DNA of 50,167 nucleotides from Ministeria vibrans ATCC 50519 (Eukaryota > Protista > Filasterea), in assembly GCA_943704425.1 (NCBI GenBank), contig CALSCP010001244.1:7951-58117 (forward strand), given 5' to 3'. The notes under the pieces were generated by a model, which worked only from the letters and a program-made list of their open reading frames with translations, ran no database searches and was not told the origin of the DNA. The position numbers were made by a program, and so were the translations under genes. Numbering within the stretch: the stretch's first letter is position 1; every line of letters begins with the position of its first letter. Positions 1 through 13,515 of this stretch are shown in pieces.

Positions 1-35
<35 letters not shown>

Positions 36-196
36 GACGATCATGCAAAAGCGTGGCGGGTTGCGCCTGCTGGGCACGAGATGGAGCGAATGCCCAAGGT
101 AGAGCGCAAGCAGTAAAGGAAGTGGGTGCTCCAATGGGGCCGCACAGCTACGGCGGAGCGTGAAGGAAGGGATGAGACGCAGCATGCAAGGCAAAC

Positions 197-289
197 CTGT
201 TTGGTGATGTCGGGCCCGCGGAAAGTCTGGTAGTAGTTGACGAACGCAAGGTTCAAAATAGCCAAGGAGGTGACCAAGAAGGAGCACAT
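197..289 (-). CDS. possible first exon of a gene running off the left edge (hydrophobic N-terminus MCSFLVTSLAILNLAFVNYYQTFRGPDITKQ)
   Basis: ATG at 289, a signal-anchor-like stretch, then a cag|gtttgc donor at 196; no recognisable domain. Confidence 0.25.
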
Positions 290-549
290 CGTAAGCAAGA
301 GAGAAGAAAAGACTAAAGAGTAAACATTTATCTCAGTTCCCTTCACTGCACTCAGTGCAGATGCCCGAGTGACCGGACGGACAAAAAGGGAAAGCACGTC
401 GCTCTCTGGACATGATCAGTGTTATCGGCCATCGGGCGGATGAAATTAAGACATAAAATTAGACATTGGAGCATATCTCTTGAAGGACTCTCACCAGAGT
501 TGTATAAACTTGTATTCATTAGGTTTTTACAATAAAAATATCAATTTTT

Positions 550-1111
550 TTATTTGTGATGCTTGCTTTCGCGCGCCTCCGCTTTTGCTGCCAACTCACG
601 GCTTCGTCTCTCCGACGCACGACGATACTGTTCCAGTTCAAGATCTTTTTGCGCGCGAACTTGGTCAACGGCCGCCTCGGGTACCGAGGGAGCTGTCCTT
701 GTGTCGTCCGTGACATTGCCCTGGTCGCCCTTGCCAACCGCGTCGACGTCGCTTGCAGGTAATGAAGGAAACACCACCGAGCACATTTTGCGCCACTGGT
801 CGACTGGACGAGTCGTTCGTGACTTGCTGTCATCCGCGTGACCCCGCGGAAGCCCAATCTGATGTAGCGAATCACAGCCAATCGTGACGTTAAGTGGCTT
901 CGAGTGTTCCAACTGAATCTTCTTCAGGGGCTCCGTTTTGAACAAAAAGTTTGACAAGGCCGTTCGCGCTCGTCCCATCAACGTCTCATCTTTGGCACTC
1001 GTGAACAGCACCGACGCTCCATGAGTGTGTGCCACAAATCGCAACGTTCTACTGATAATCTTCCGCCTCTCGGACTCAAAATCCTGAACGAGTTCAGCGA
1101 TGTCAATATCG

Positions 1112-1207
<96 letters not shown>

Positions 1208-2019
1208 AAAGAAACAAAGTGATAGAGAGAGAGAGAGAGAGCACGCATCAATAATAAATAATATAATTATAATTATATGTATAAAGAGGAGTTTGAAACT
1301 ATATGCGTACCTGAAACAAGTCATACTTGGTACCAATGATGATCAGCGGTACCGGACTCGGGTCAAGCAGCTCTTTGTCAGGGTGTTCCTCGCCACATCG
1401 CTTCCACGCCTTCTTCCGTAGCCGCTCTGCCTGTCGTGCACTCTTACTCGCAAGTTCACCCAGAACAACTTCCATTCGTGCACGAAGCTATATAAATATA
1501 TACACATATACAGTATAGAAACAAGCCAAAGGTCAATAATTACATTAAAAGTCAATACCTGCCAATGTTTGTTTCGCTGCCAGGCAACAACATTATGACT
1601 TTTGGCTTTTGCCACCTACGTACCTTGATCAAAAGGGTATCAAAAGTGGACCACATGGCCTCTGGCTGTGACAGATCCACTACCAGCGCCACCGAGAGTC
1701 TGTTCACGTTGGCAGCCGTGATAGGAATGTCAACAAGTTGCGCCTGAGCTTCGAGCTTCCCCCCAAGCTCGTACACATGGCCTACTTCGCGCGCAGCAAG
1801 CGCAGATGTCTGTGCACCTCGAGGTGCTCGTCGCCCAAAGTAATACTCCACACCAAGCGTCGCTTTTGGCGTGTCTTCGCGCTCTAAAAGTCGCATAATC
1901 ATCGTCGTCTTTCCCCCTCGCGGACTCCCCACGACAAGCAACGTCGACTCCTCCCCAAACGCTCCCGTTCGCGTCTGCAACGCAACCTCCTCCTCTGCTA
2001 CCGCCCACATATCAACCAT
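550..2019 (-). CDS. DYNC2LI1: cytoplasmic dynein-2 light intermediate chain 1 (retrograde IFT), 3 exons
   Basis: P-loop GSPRGGKT, PKATLGVEYYFGRR, HVYELGG, LVVDLSQP, PVPLIIIGTKYD and RTLRFVAHTHGASVLFTS; GT-AG introns at about 1489-1623 and 1085-1310. Confidence 0.9.
1576..1588. promoter_or_regulatory. RFX X-box-like motif GCTGCCAGGCAAC in DYNC2LI1 intron 1
   Basis: One mismatch to the palindromic X-box consensus GTNRCC(N0-3)RGYAAC. Confidence 0.45.
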
Positions 2020-2453
2020 GACGAAACAGCAATAAACTTTGATATTGTTAATAAAGAAGAAGAAGATTAATATTTTATTATTATTATTATTGTTAATAAT
2101 ATAATTATTTTTATTATTATTATAATTATTATTATTTTTATTATTATTATTATTATTATTGCTCAACTAGATTACGATCAAACCAGAAATGAGTCCCGGT
2201 TCGCGGTGGTTCGGTGCGCCTCAGTCACCGCTACCAGGCAAACCGTTGGCCACGGTTCCAGGCTACGGCGGTGTATTCTCCAAGTCTAATGTGTAGGCGA
2301 CTAGGCGTGCTGAGCCAACCGATCAAAAATCGGATTTCGGCTTCCGCATCAATAATATCAAGTGATTATAATATATAATTGTTGTGAACGCGATCAAAAA
2401 AAAGTATAGATATATTTACTTTAGTTAGGGAAAAGGTGACAGTTTTAGGTGTT

Positions 2454-5176
2454 CTAGTAGCTGGATCGGGGTACTTCGGGGTAGAGGCGTGTTGTCGCAC
2501 TGTCGACGACTTGAGTGCCATAGTACGACGCCGTGGAAGACTCATTGATCAGACGGTTGTGTACCGCGTCGGGATTGCGCAGTTCACCACCTGGCTGTTT
2601 GCCGTTCTAAGAACCAAAACAAAAAGGATGATTATTGAGTATTTTGAGTCACCATTTTTTTCTCCCTCTCTCCATCACTTTCATTCTTTCTCCTCTCCCT
2701 GTCTCTTTTTTTTTCTCCCTCCTCTCTCTTCGTCCCCTTCACCCTCTTTCTAAATCCTACCTTGTGATCGGCGTGGGGACCGACAAGACTGAGGAATACA
2801 GGCAAGAAGATGAGGCCGTGCGCGGCACCAACAAACACCATGCAGAGGTACATGCGGAAATAGTAAACTACACAACATAGATGAGTTGGTTGCGGAGAAA
2901 ACACAAAAAATACTGACACACTAAGCACTGTACTTACTACGTACACATACACACACACACTAAGAGACACAGACTACACATACATACCTTGGAAAAGCTG
3001 GCTCTTGCTGAAGGCAAGCACAATGATTCCCACAAACTTCGTAAAGGTGATACCAGACAAGACTGAAAAAATATATAAAAAAAAGTCGTCAGTAAAAATA
3101 AAAATGAAAATTTAAAATAAAATAAAATAAAATTGAAATTGAAGAAAAAAAATGATACCGGAGGAGCCCATGTTAATAAGAGCAGACTTGGCACGGGTCT
3201 CGCGATCACCCTCGGCGACGACAAAGGAACGGGTGATGTGCGCGGTAAACTCAACGCCAATTCCAAAGCACATGACAAGGTTGACAAGCGACACGGCATT
3301 GAGCTGGATGCCCCACAGGTACATGATGCCCATGAGGTCGACGACAATCATCGCAACCGTCATCGTGACCACAATGGCCGCACCCACGTTGCTCAGCAGG
3401 ATAGTCGTGACGACGAAAATGGCGGCGGCCGCGACACCCAGCGTAAAGCCCGTGTCCTGACCAATCGTCAGATACTGCTCGTAGAAGACGTACCAAACAC
3501 TGTAGGCAAACACAGTCAGACCAAGCTCTTCCTCCATCGAGTCTGTCAGCGAGCGCACATACGACAGCGCCCCGATGTAGTCCTCTTGTGTCACCAAAAT
3601 GGAGCTGTACGTCATAAAGTTGCTCGCATAAATGGTCTGGGTCGTGTAGTTGGCGTGCACACTCTGGTTGAATGATGGATGTCCGCCAAAGGCACAAATA
3701 GTGTCGGGGTTGTCCTCGAGGAAGCGGTGAAAATTGTCCCAAAACTGCTTGGGAGGCGGACGGTTGTTGTTGATCTGGTATTCGGTGACCGAGATGCACG
3801 GAGTGCACAGCGTCGCGTTGCCGTCGTGCGGACAGTACGAGCCATTGGCGTACTTCCAGCAGCACTGCTGGTTCGGACTCATCCATTGGAAGTAGGTGTC
3901 AAGCCACGAGTTGGCCGGCAGCGCAATCTTCGAGATGGCCGGCTCGCGCGACGCCGTGTGGATTTGCGAGAGAACCGAATCGTCCTGGCAGCCGCGACTC
4001 GCGCAAACGCTGTTCTGGTCGGGTGCCGTGGTGTAAGGGTGGTCGTCGACGACAAAGTAAACGGGCGCGCCCGTGTGCAAGTACTCGTAGAGTTCGTTGA
4101 AGTAGGGAATCAGGTAGCTGTCCTTGGGCAACGCAAGGTTCTGGTCGAGGCCACGTTCGACACGCGGCACCAGTGCAATCGAGACAAAGGTGGCCGCAAG
4201 GAAGGCGGCCATCACAATGAACTTGCAGACAGGGTGGAACAGCGCTGGCTGGTACCACTTCTCGATGGCTCGGAAGAGCCAGCTGCGACGCTTGTCGTGA
4301 CGGTCGACTGACGGCACGTTGACGTGCACGCACGGCACACAGTCAATGCGGTTGTCCTCGGCACGACGCGCATCAATCACCATGACCGACATGAACATGG
4401 TGATTTGCAGAAGAAAGTCGATGAAGACGGCCATGGCGGCGTACGCGGCAAAGACTCGGACGGCAGGCATCGATGTACTCGCGCCAATGGCAAAGGCAAC
4501 CGTCTCGCTCAGACTTGACAGCAACATTGACGGACCCACCTGGGCAAGTGTTTCGCCAATACGGATGCGCAGGTTCGAACTCAACGGTTTGCGCTGGAAC
4601 GTTTGCACCAAAATGAAAATGTTGTCGACACCGACGGCGAGACACAGGAAGGGAACCACCTCGACAATGATGAGCGTCGCCGGCACCTTGGCATAGCTGA
4701 AAATGCCCACACTGGCAAAGACAGCGAGCAGCACAATGAAGACACCCACGAGTCCGAGAACGAAGCGACTGTCCACGCACAGGCGAGCGCAACGATCGAC
4801 CTGGCCAAGCGAAATGGAAACGTAGACAAACATTAGAATGTACGAGATGGCAATGGTGCCAATGTCGGCCGTCGACTCGCGAATAATCTCGTCCTGAATC
4901 GAACGCTCCGCCATGTACACAATGGAAATGTTCTCGTTGGAGTAGTCCACAAGGTAGTCGAGGAAGACCTTCTCCCACGCGTTCGCCGGTTTGTTCAGCT
5001 CCGTGTCCAGATGGTTCGTCACTACATAGGTGATTACAATCGCCTCGGCACTGGTATACTCGATGCCAGGAAAACCACCGAGTACCACGTTGGGGTCAAC
5101 TGGACCATCAAAGGTCGCCATGCAAGGAAACTCAGTTGGCTTGCCCACAAACGATGGATCATTGACACAGTGAACC

Positions 5177-5224
<48 letters not shown>

Positions 5225-7580
5225 AATGTTATACTTATATACCATTCGTTGATTCTGACGGTAGTTGAGGTACCATGTGCGAGTGATAGTCAATATCAAG
5301 AATGGGGACGGCATAGTTCAGACGCTCGGGGTCATTCTGGAAGTACTGGAGCGGCGACATGATGGTGCAGTTGTCATTGGTGGGATAAAGGGGTTGCATG
5401 CAAATGTCCGTCAGCGAAACGTTCTTGCCGTCGTACTCGGCCGTGAGTGCTGCAACGGTGTTTTGCAGCTCGAGAGCAGCGTTGAGAGTGTTCAGCTGCA
5501 TCATGGGACCAAAGCTGATGTTCACATTGGCACCCTCCCAAAAAGTGTACACTGGCTTCGTTGCAGTCACAATAATTTGCTCTGTGCGGTAAAACGGGCC
5601 AAACTGCTGGTCAAAGTAGTCCATCTGACGACGTGCCAAACTGAATTTTTTTTTTTAAAAAAAGGAAAAGATAAACAATGTGTCAAAAATTATTATTATA
5701 CAAAAAAGTATTATAATTTTTACGATGGTACCTGTCGGGAGACGACCAAAGCTGAACGGGATCAGTCGTGTAGGTGAACATGGCAGCGCCACCACCAAGG
5801 GCAGCGGCAAAGGCAAGCGAGACGAGGATGATCTTCCAGGGGTGGTCGTGGCAGAGTTCGCCCAGACGTGCAAACTTGGGCGAGAGGTAACGCTCCATGC
5901 TCATGCCGTAGCACTGGAAGAACCCGGGTTTGGTCTGAGGTTCCTCGCCAACGACCAGGTACTCTTGGCGATGCGAGCACCACCTTTCAAGTCAGACGAA
6001 AAGAAAGAAAGAAAGAAAGAAAGAGATAAAAAAAACAAGTCAGTGAATCATTCATCAATCAAAACGCAGCGTCGTCTTGCGAACATACTTCTTCCAGTAG
6101 ACGGCGCAGAGGATGCCGGAGAAAAGGAGGAAGCCCAGGTAGATGATGCCAAGGGAGAAATCAAGGCAACGTGCCTGACCCGAGCCAAAGGCAACATAAC
6201 AGCCGCTGGGCGAGGCAGGCGGAGGAGGAGTTGGACAAGAAGCATAGCAATCGTTGCACGAGCACGCGAGGGGGCCTGCCGTGTTACAGGGCACTTGAGG
6301 CACGTTGAGTGCCTCCATACCGTCCGGTAGGCTTTGGTTCGTTTGAATAAAGTCCATTTCAAAAGGTGATCCTGGATTCTGATATTTTCCCAAATAATCA
6401 AGCCAGTACTGCGGACTGGGGCAGTCAGTGTTGCCACAGAGGAATCCTGACGCCTGAAACAAATAAAAAACGTACGGCGCAAGTGTTTAATAAAACAAAT
6501 AAGTCATCTTTTTTTTTTGTAACCTTGCCGCCCGTCTGCTGAAACGTCACGTTGATGCAGCTGTCGTAGAAACCATTCGCCATTTGGGGGTTCATGTAGT
6601 ACGTGAGCTTCTTGACATGTGACTCGGTGGTGTTCTGTAGCGAAACAAATATGTGTCAAAGAGGACAATCAATATGAAAAGGAAGCGAGATGACGCAGTT
6701 GGTGTGGGGTCGTACCGCGACAGGTGCTGTCTGCGTGACATTGAGAAACATCGATTGATTTGAGCTACAGGTAAGTTGGCAAAACTACAAACACGGAGTG
6801 AGACGCGGAAAACATCCAAGAAAGGTTTGGTCTTACAATGCTCTTCCAGTTTTGCCAGCAGGCCGGACAGTTCTGGAGGAAACCTGGGCGGCACGGCAGA
6901 AACGAGTGGGGGTGAATGGGGGTGGGAAAGTGAACAAAACACACGCGTGTCATCCAGCACGACAGAAAGTCGCAATGTCAGTCACGAGATTCTTTCTTTT
7001 CGTTTTCGTTTTTTTTTTTTTTTTTTTTTTTTTTTGGCTCGTTTGCATACCTTGCGCGATGCCCAGATTGGTCTTTGCAATCATCGTGTTGAATTCGTCG
7101 ATGTCGCAACACGCAAGATCGCCGTATTCCTCACCACAGAAGTTTGCCAAGCTGACCTTGAAGTCGCCTGAAAGCGTCCGCGCCGGATGGGTTACGTTTC
7201 GGCGTTTTTTTTTTTTTCTCTCATTGCATATCACATACCAGTAGGCGCCACAGCGGGCTTGTTGTACACGCAGTCGAGAGGACGGTTGTCGCCAAACCTA
7301 TATAGCGTAAAATGGGAGCAATGGGGACTCGTGGTGAGTGGCTGCGTGGACCGTTATCAACAGATAAAAAAAAACGATTCAACACATTCGCAAAGAGGCA
7401 AGTGTGCGCAGACGATGGGGGAGGGCCATGGTGGTGCGCAAAAAGAACTTACTTGCCCACAATGCCACACTGCTTATACATGACACAGACACCGGGCTTG
7501 TGCACGGTCGTGGCGGCGCCGTGGGCAACACTGAGAACAGCGGCAGCAGCGAGCCACATTGCCGTTGAATAGAGACCCAT
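2454..7580 (-). CDS. NPC1: Niemann-Pick C1 sterol transporter, multi-exon
   Basis: Signal peptide and Cys-rich N-terminal domain (CVMYKQCG, CPACWQNW, FCQLTCSSNQS); sterol-sensing domain (EVVPFLCLAVGVDNIFILV); YSVWYVFYEQY, GIGVEFTAHI and HGLIFLPVFLS; checked exon junctions join in phase through GT-AG introns. Confidence 0.96.
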
Positions 7581-8236
7581 GATCGAGGTATTTCAAGGTC
7601 GTCAAACGCTGCGCAGTTTCGTACGGCCGGAAAGCGGGGATATTCAACAAATAATTTGACTCACACCCAGTCGTTTTGATCCAGTCTTTGTCCAAAAAAG
7701 CCAAGGTAACGCTGGCCAAGTCAGGCCACGCGCTCCAGCCAATAGGAAGGAAGAAAACCAAATTGCGGACATTTGCAAAAATATGGTTGCGTAGGGGAGG
7801 CGACAATCGGAGCTCTCGGGCTGCTGGAAAGACCTTTTGATAATCTTAGTTTTTATTGCGTTATTATCTACTAATAATTATTTTTATTGTACACTTTGCA
7901 TGACTGTGACCGAAACTCACAGATGATACTCACAGGACATCTCGAAGAGTATTCTCGACGAATATACGATTTCCCAAAGGTGAAAAGACCAGTCACGAAT
8001 CACACAGTCCACAGTGAATGATGTTGAAAAAAAAATCACATAGATTTCATTCGACAAAGAAAAAATAATGATGGCGAAACGAATTGCGAAGCGGGATATT
8101 CGCTCGCCTACACTCAGAGACTTGACACAAACACACACAAATAGACTTGACACAAACACAAAAACGAAGAGAGAGAGAGAAACAAAGTTAAAGTTGGGGG
8201 GGGAGGTTGTAGTTGCGATTGTTGAGCCGCGGTGGT

Positions 8237-8830
8237 CTACTCGCCGCCACGTCGAGCTCGCGACGTAAGACGCGACGTGTCTGCCTTCGGCTGTTTAGCG
8301 ACAGCAATGTCGTCAACGGACGGCAACAGCTTGCCAGTGGCCTCATCGAGATTTGGCGGCTTGTTGTCAATGAAGGAGTTGCGAATGAGGAAGAGGACCT
8401 GCACGGCAGTGTAGGCCAAGGGCCAGTACATGTAGTATGGGCGAGCAGTGACGAGAGCAACAAGACCCGTCAGAAGAGTAACAACAAAGCATGAGACGAG
8501 GTCGGGCACCCACGAGGGCATGCTGCGGAACTGCTCGTACACATTGGCAAAAGTGCGATCCTCCTTGCGAAGCGAGAACGTGATAGTCGAGATGGCGTCG
8601 TAGAGAGAAAGTCGGGGCACACTGTCAAACATTTCGCCGGCAGCGCGGTGGCACTCCTTAAGGCGGTAGCAGGGTACGTGTGCGTTGAGGTGATGAATGT
8701 GGTGGTACTCAATGCGAGCCGTCCAGTATTCGAGCCACCATGGGCAGACGAGAATCGAGCTTCCCTCGACGCCATTGATAAATCGGTCGTAGTACTTTGC
8801 GGGGGCGTGATACGAGCCCTCAAAGGTGTG
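8237..8830 (-). CDS. membrane fatty acid desaturase, 3' exon (5' part lost in the assembly gap)
   Basis: HTFEGSY, GVEGSS and a third histidine box IEYHHIHHLN..VPCYRL; poly-T acceptor adjacent to the N-gap. Confidence 0.85.
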   Translation of the reverse strand, partial: HTFEGSYHAPAKYYDRFINGVEGSSILVCPWWLEYWTARIEYHHIHHLNAHVPCYRLKECHRAAGEMFDSVPRLSLYDAISTITFSLRKEDRTFANVYEQFRSMPSWVPDLVSCFVVTLLTGLVALVTARPYYMYWPLAYTAVQVLFLIRNSFIDNKPPNLDEATGKLLPSVDDIAVAKQPKADTSRLTSRARRGGE

Positions 8831-8866
8831 CTGCAAGAAAAAAAAAAAAAAAAAAAAAAAAAAAAA

Positions 8867-9734
8867 NNNNNNNNNNNNNNNNNNNNNNNNNNNNNNNNNN
8901 NNNNNNNNNNNNNNNNNNNNNNNNNNNNNNNNNNNNNNNNNNNNNNNNNNNNNNNNNNNNNNNNNNNNNNNNNNNNNNNNNNNNNNNNNNNNNNNNNNNN
9001 NNNNNNNNNNNNNNNNNNNNNNNNNNNNNNNNNNNNNNNNNNNNNNNNNNNNNNNNNNNNNNNNNNNNNNNNNNNNNNNNNNNNNNNNNNNNNNNNNNNN
9101 NNNNNNNNNNNNNNNNNNNNNNNNNNNNNNNNNNNNNNNNNNNNNNNNNNNNNNNNNNNNNNNNNNNNNNNNNNNNNNNNNNNNNNNNNNNNNNNNNNNN
9201 NNNNNNNNNNNNNNNNNNNNNNNNNNNNNNNNNNNNNNNNNNNNNNNNNNNNNNNNNNNNNNNNNNNNNNNNNNNNNNNNNNNNNNNNNNNNNNNNNNNN
9301 NNNNNNNNNNNNNNNNNNNNNNNNNNNNNNNNNNNNNNNNNNNNNNNNNNNNNNNNNNNNNNNNNNNNNNNNNNNNNNNNNNNNNNNNNNNNNNNNNNNN
9401 NNNNNNNNNNNNNNNNNNNNNNNNNNNNNNNNNNNNNNNNNNNNNNNNNNNNNNNNNNNNNNNNNNNNNNNNNNNNNNNNNNNNNNNNNNNNNNNNNNNN
9501 NNNNNNNNNNNNNNNNNNNNNNNNNNNNNNNNNNNNNNNNNNNNNNNNNNNNNNNNNNNNNNNNNNNNNNNNNNNNNNNNNNNNNNNNNNNNNNNNNNNN
9601 NNNNNNNNNNNNNNNNNNNNNNNNNNNNNNNNNNNNNNNNNNNNNNNNNNNNNNNNNNNNNNNNNNNNNNNNNNNNNNNNNNNNNNNNNNNNNNNNNNNN
9701 NNNNNNNNNNNNNNNNNNNNNNNNNNNNNNNNNN
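8867..9734. other. assembly gap (N run)
   Basis: About 870 N; the ORFs spanning it are artefacts. Confidence 0.99.
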
Positions 9735-9903
9735 CAAACGATTAGCAAAGTAAAAAAAGGAATTATCAACAATGGGACAATCCATGGTTACACAATCAAT
9801 TTCTTGTCCTCTGAACTCTTGCCTCTAAAATTATAATGGCAAATGATAGTACCTATAGTGCCAGAAATCCAAATTCCAAGACGTACGAAAAAAGAACAGT
9901 CAA

Positions 9904-12900
9904 CTATTGTGCATTCATAAGCTCGTGAAAGGAAGACAACAGACAGCGCTTAATGTCACGGTACGTGACAATAATTTGAGACTGTTCGTCGCGCGACATG
10001 AGCACAATTCGTTCGTCAAAGCCAGCATCCATCTGAAAGAGATTGTAAATTTTGAGAACGAACAAAATAAAAAATTAATGTGGTGAACCTTGTTGAGACA
10101 TTGGACAACGTGCGCGAGATCGACCCAAGGCGCACCCGTGTTGGATGTCTGGCCAAACATAAAGTCCTTGAACAGCTTGATGATGAAGCGATCGCCCGTG
10201 TCCGACCACTGCGTATCGTTCTGCGCAACAAAAGACATCAGGGAGAGGGAGATGGCAGCAAAAGCCAGCCAGTCGTACAATGCGACGTACCTTAAGATCC
10301 TGACGGTCAACTATGTACATAATCTTGGAGAGAAGACGAAAGAGACGGCCATTCTCAACCTCCTTGACGAGCTCACCCTGCAGCAGGTCGCACCGAATGT
10401 CCGCACTGCGAATCTCTGCATAGAACCGGTCGCCAATCATCGGCATCAGGTCGTCCACCGTCTGCAACACAACCGACTCAGAGAGGGACAGACGAAAAAA
10501 CAGGAAAAACGAACAAAGCGATCGAGAAAGAAAAAAAAAAAAAAAAGTGACTGGGGTATGCGGGTACCTTAATGCGAGAGCTGAGTAGATAAAGTACCAC
10601 GTTGCTCAGATCCTGAGAGTACGTCCTGCAAAAAAAAAAAAAAAAAAAAAAACCCCCCACATGAGAAGTTGAGTGAAAGGAGAGTAAGAAGAATTGTACA
10701 TACCATCGAATGTAGTCGAGTGACTGAGAGAGATTGTCACGTTGGAGGGCATTGAGGGTGTTACAGGCGAGGGCAAGCACAAGACGCCCCAGCGCCATCA
10801 GGTCCTCCTGCTTGTAGTGCTCAAGGACCTGTCCGCTTGGCTTCTCCTGCTGTTGGTCGTACGACACGACATCAAACAGTCCCACGCAGTTGAGTCTGTC
10901 CATAAAAAGGACCAATACAACCATAAGTTCTCGAGCACGTCCTTCTCGGTACCACTTTGTTCTTTGACCTCTTGTTCTTTTTCCCTCCTCTCTCTCACTT
11001 GTTCTTTTTCCCGCTTTTCCCTCTCTCTCTCCCCTCTATCACTTTGTTTCCATCTCTCGCTTTGATTCTTTCTCCCTCCTCTCTCCCTCTTTCTCTCTCT
11101 ATCTCTTTGATTCTTTCTCCTCTCTCTATCTCTATCGCTTTCTTTATTTCTCCCTCCTCTCTCCCTCCCTCTCTCTATCACTTTGTTTCTTTCTGCTCTC
11201 TCTCTCTATACCGCTTTATTTCTTTTTCTTCTCTCTCTCACACACAGATATTATTTGCGTACCGTATTCGGCTTTTGCCCACAAGAAGGATCTTGGTGGG
11301 ATCAACCGTGCGGCACGCAAGGCCCTGTGGCTGCAGCTTGTGAATGGCGCGGAGAGCACTCGACAGCTGGATGATGTAGGACCACAACAGAAGCTACAGA
11401 CAAACGACAAAATACCGTCAGTCGTTTGTCTCCATACTTCCCTCGTGTGTGCGTACCTCGGTGACAAGATGGCGGTCGGGACGGTTTGTAAAGTGGCGCG
11501 AAAGCATCGTTTCTGCGCCGGGGTGGTAGTCGTACACGAGTACGAGAGAGTAGTCGCCAAAGGCGTGCGTCGTAAACGCCTCTCGCAGCGACACTACATT
11601 GGGGTGCTGCAGCTCTGTCCAGCGGTCAATAGCCGAAATAGCCTTCTCGCTCGACAAGCGACAGTTCTCGACGCGACGCAGCACATAGGGCATGCCATCA
11701 ACGAGCGACAGCGCCTTGTACACGTGCGTCGGGTGCCCGAACATCTTACGGCTCATGCCGTCAGGCGTCGCCTCGTCGAGCGGCATTAGCGTGTGGTAAG
11801 CCTCCACCTCGGCGGGTAGTGGCGGCATGCCTCCCGTGTCCGGCAGCTGCACTGACGGTTTGAGACAAACAAGCACTGTTGCAGTGTCGTGACAATTTTA
11901 CCTTGGCCAGAATCAGCGAGTTGCGCACCAGCACTTCCTCGCGAAGTCCCTCTCGAATGAAAAAGGTGTCGGCCGTCTGAGGAAGTCGCGCAGTCGACGG
12001 AATGGCCGACGTGTACACATTGAACAGTTGCTCTTCGGGTGCCTAATAATAGTAATCGAATCAGTGTCAAAAATTTGTAACAATGACTTGTCGGCACACC
12101 ACTGCCTGGGCTGCTTGGAGCTCCTCAGGCGTCGGTTGTTCGCCGGGCGCAAAAAAGTACGTCGTGCCACCTGTGCACATCAATGAATATCGTGTGAGAA
12201 GAAAGAGAGCAAAGCCAAACGGGCAAACAGACAGACAGGCAGAAAGAGATATATATATATATATATATATATAGACAGAGAGGGCGAGAAGATAGAAACA
12301 AAGTGAAAGAGAGAGAGAGAGAAGAGAACCAAATAAGAAAGAGAAAAGATGGAGAGAACAAAATGAGAGAGAAAGCGAAGCAATCGACCCCCCCCACCCC
12401 CCCNNNNNNNNNNGTAAAATAGTGCGTATTATGTTACGTTTCACACACACACATACACACACACACAAGGCCGCACAAAGCACACGTACTAACCACTAAC
12501 CACAAAAGGCACATGCACTAAATCGACATAGATCGCTTACCCATGGATTCTCTCGATGTGAAGTCGGGAGGTACGCTCGAAGGTGATGCTCCTCCTGCAC
12601 CTGGTGGTGCGCCGCCAGTTGCGGTGGCCGTAGCAGGCGTCGCTGCAGCAACGGCAATGCTACCACCGGGCACACCTGCAGCCGGTGAGGCAGGTTGGGC
12701 CCCTGCAGCCATCGGTGCGGCGAGTGCGGGTGTGCTCCGGGGCACAAACTCGGGTGCAGCGACGCCGAGCTGCGATGCGCCTTGGCCCGTCGCTGGAGGC
12801 CCTGGGGAAACGGCGCTGGGCGTGAACGTGTTCAACACCCCGCTTGGACGAAATTCAGGAGCAGTTGGAGACACTTGCGCGGCGGAACTCGGCACAAAGA

Positions 12901-13252
12901 CCGGAGCGGACACTGCAAAGTTGGTCGCCATTGTTGATGTGGGCGCCTGCGCTGACACGGCCATCCCCGGCGGTTTCGCTACTATGGTGCGAGGAGCATC
13001 ATAAACGCCAGGCACTCCGTGGACTTGCTGCATGTGAGCTGCTTGCGTTGCCGCTGGAGAAACCTATATTCGTTTTTTACGTTTTTTTTTTTTGGTCAGT
13101 TATTTTTTATGCCTGTTTTTTGAAACCCACAAAGAAGTCATTGCTACCTTGGCGATCTGCAGCGGGTTTGCTCTACCAGAAAATCCACTGCTTCCAGGAG
13201 GCGCACTGATCTTGAGACCCGCAATCCGTGGTGGTCCGGGTCTGTCGCTCAT
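9904..13252 (-). CDS. PAN3: PAN2-PAN3 deadenylase subunit PAN3 (pseudokinase plus knob domain)
   Basis: PAM2 motifs, GGTTYF, YHTLMPLD, HPNVVSLREAFTTHAFGDYSLVLVYDYHPGAETM, ENGRLFRLLSK, WSDTGDRFIIKLFKDF, HVVQCLNK and LMSRDEQ. Confidence 0.93.
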
Positions 13253-13515
13253 TGAATAAAATTATTGGTTCTTCATTATTCACTATGACGTGATTATAAT
13301 TATTTTTTAAGTATAGGTCTGCTGTCACACGTCTATGATATTTCTCACGACTTTCATCGGCCATCTCACATCTTGTCAGACTTTCACAGTGAGTTTCACT
13401 CTATGACACTAAAGTGACTCGACACTCAATAGAGCAACTGTGCCTTGTGGCGCGACATTGGATGATTACAATTTAATACGCTCTCAAAAAATTATTAATA
13501 ATAAAAATAATACGG

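Noticed and set aside
8648-9836. Long ORFs with X runs
   Set aside because: Artefacts of the N-gap
13253-13364. ORF MADESREK as the PAN3 start
   Set aside because: AT-rich and terminates at 13173; the ATG at 13252 splices in phase into the PAM2 exon
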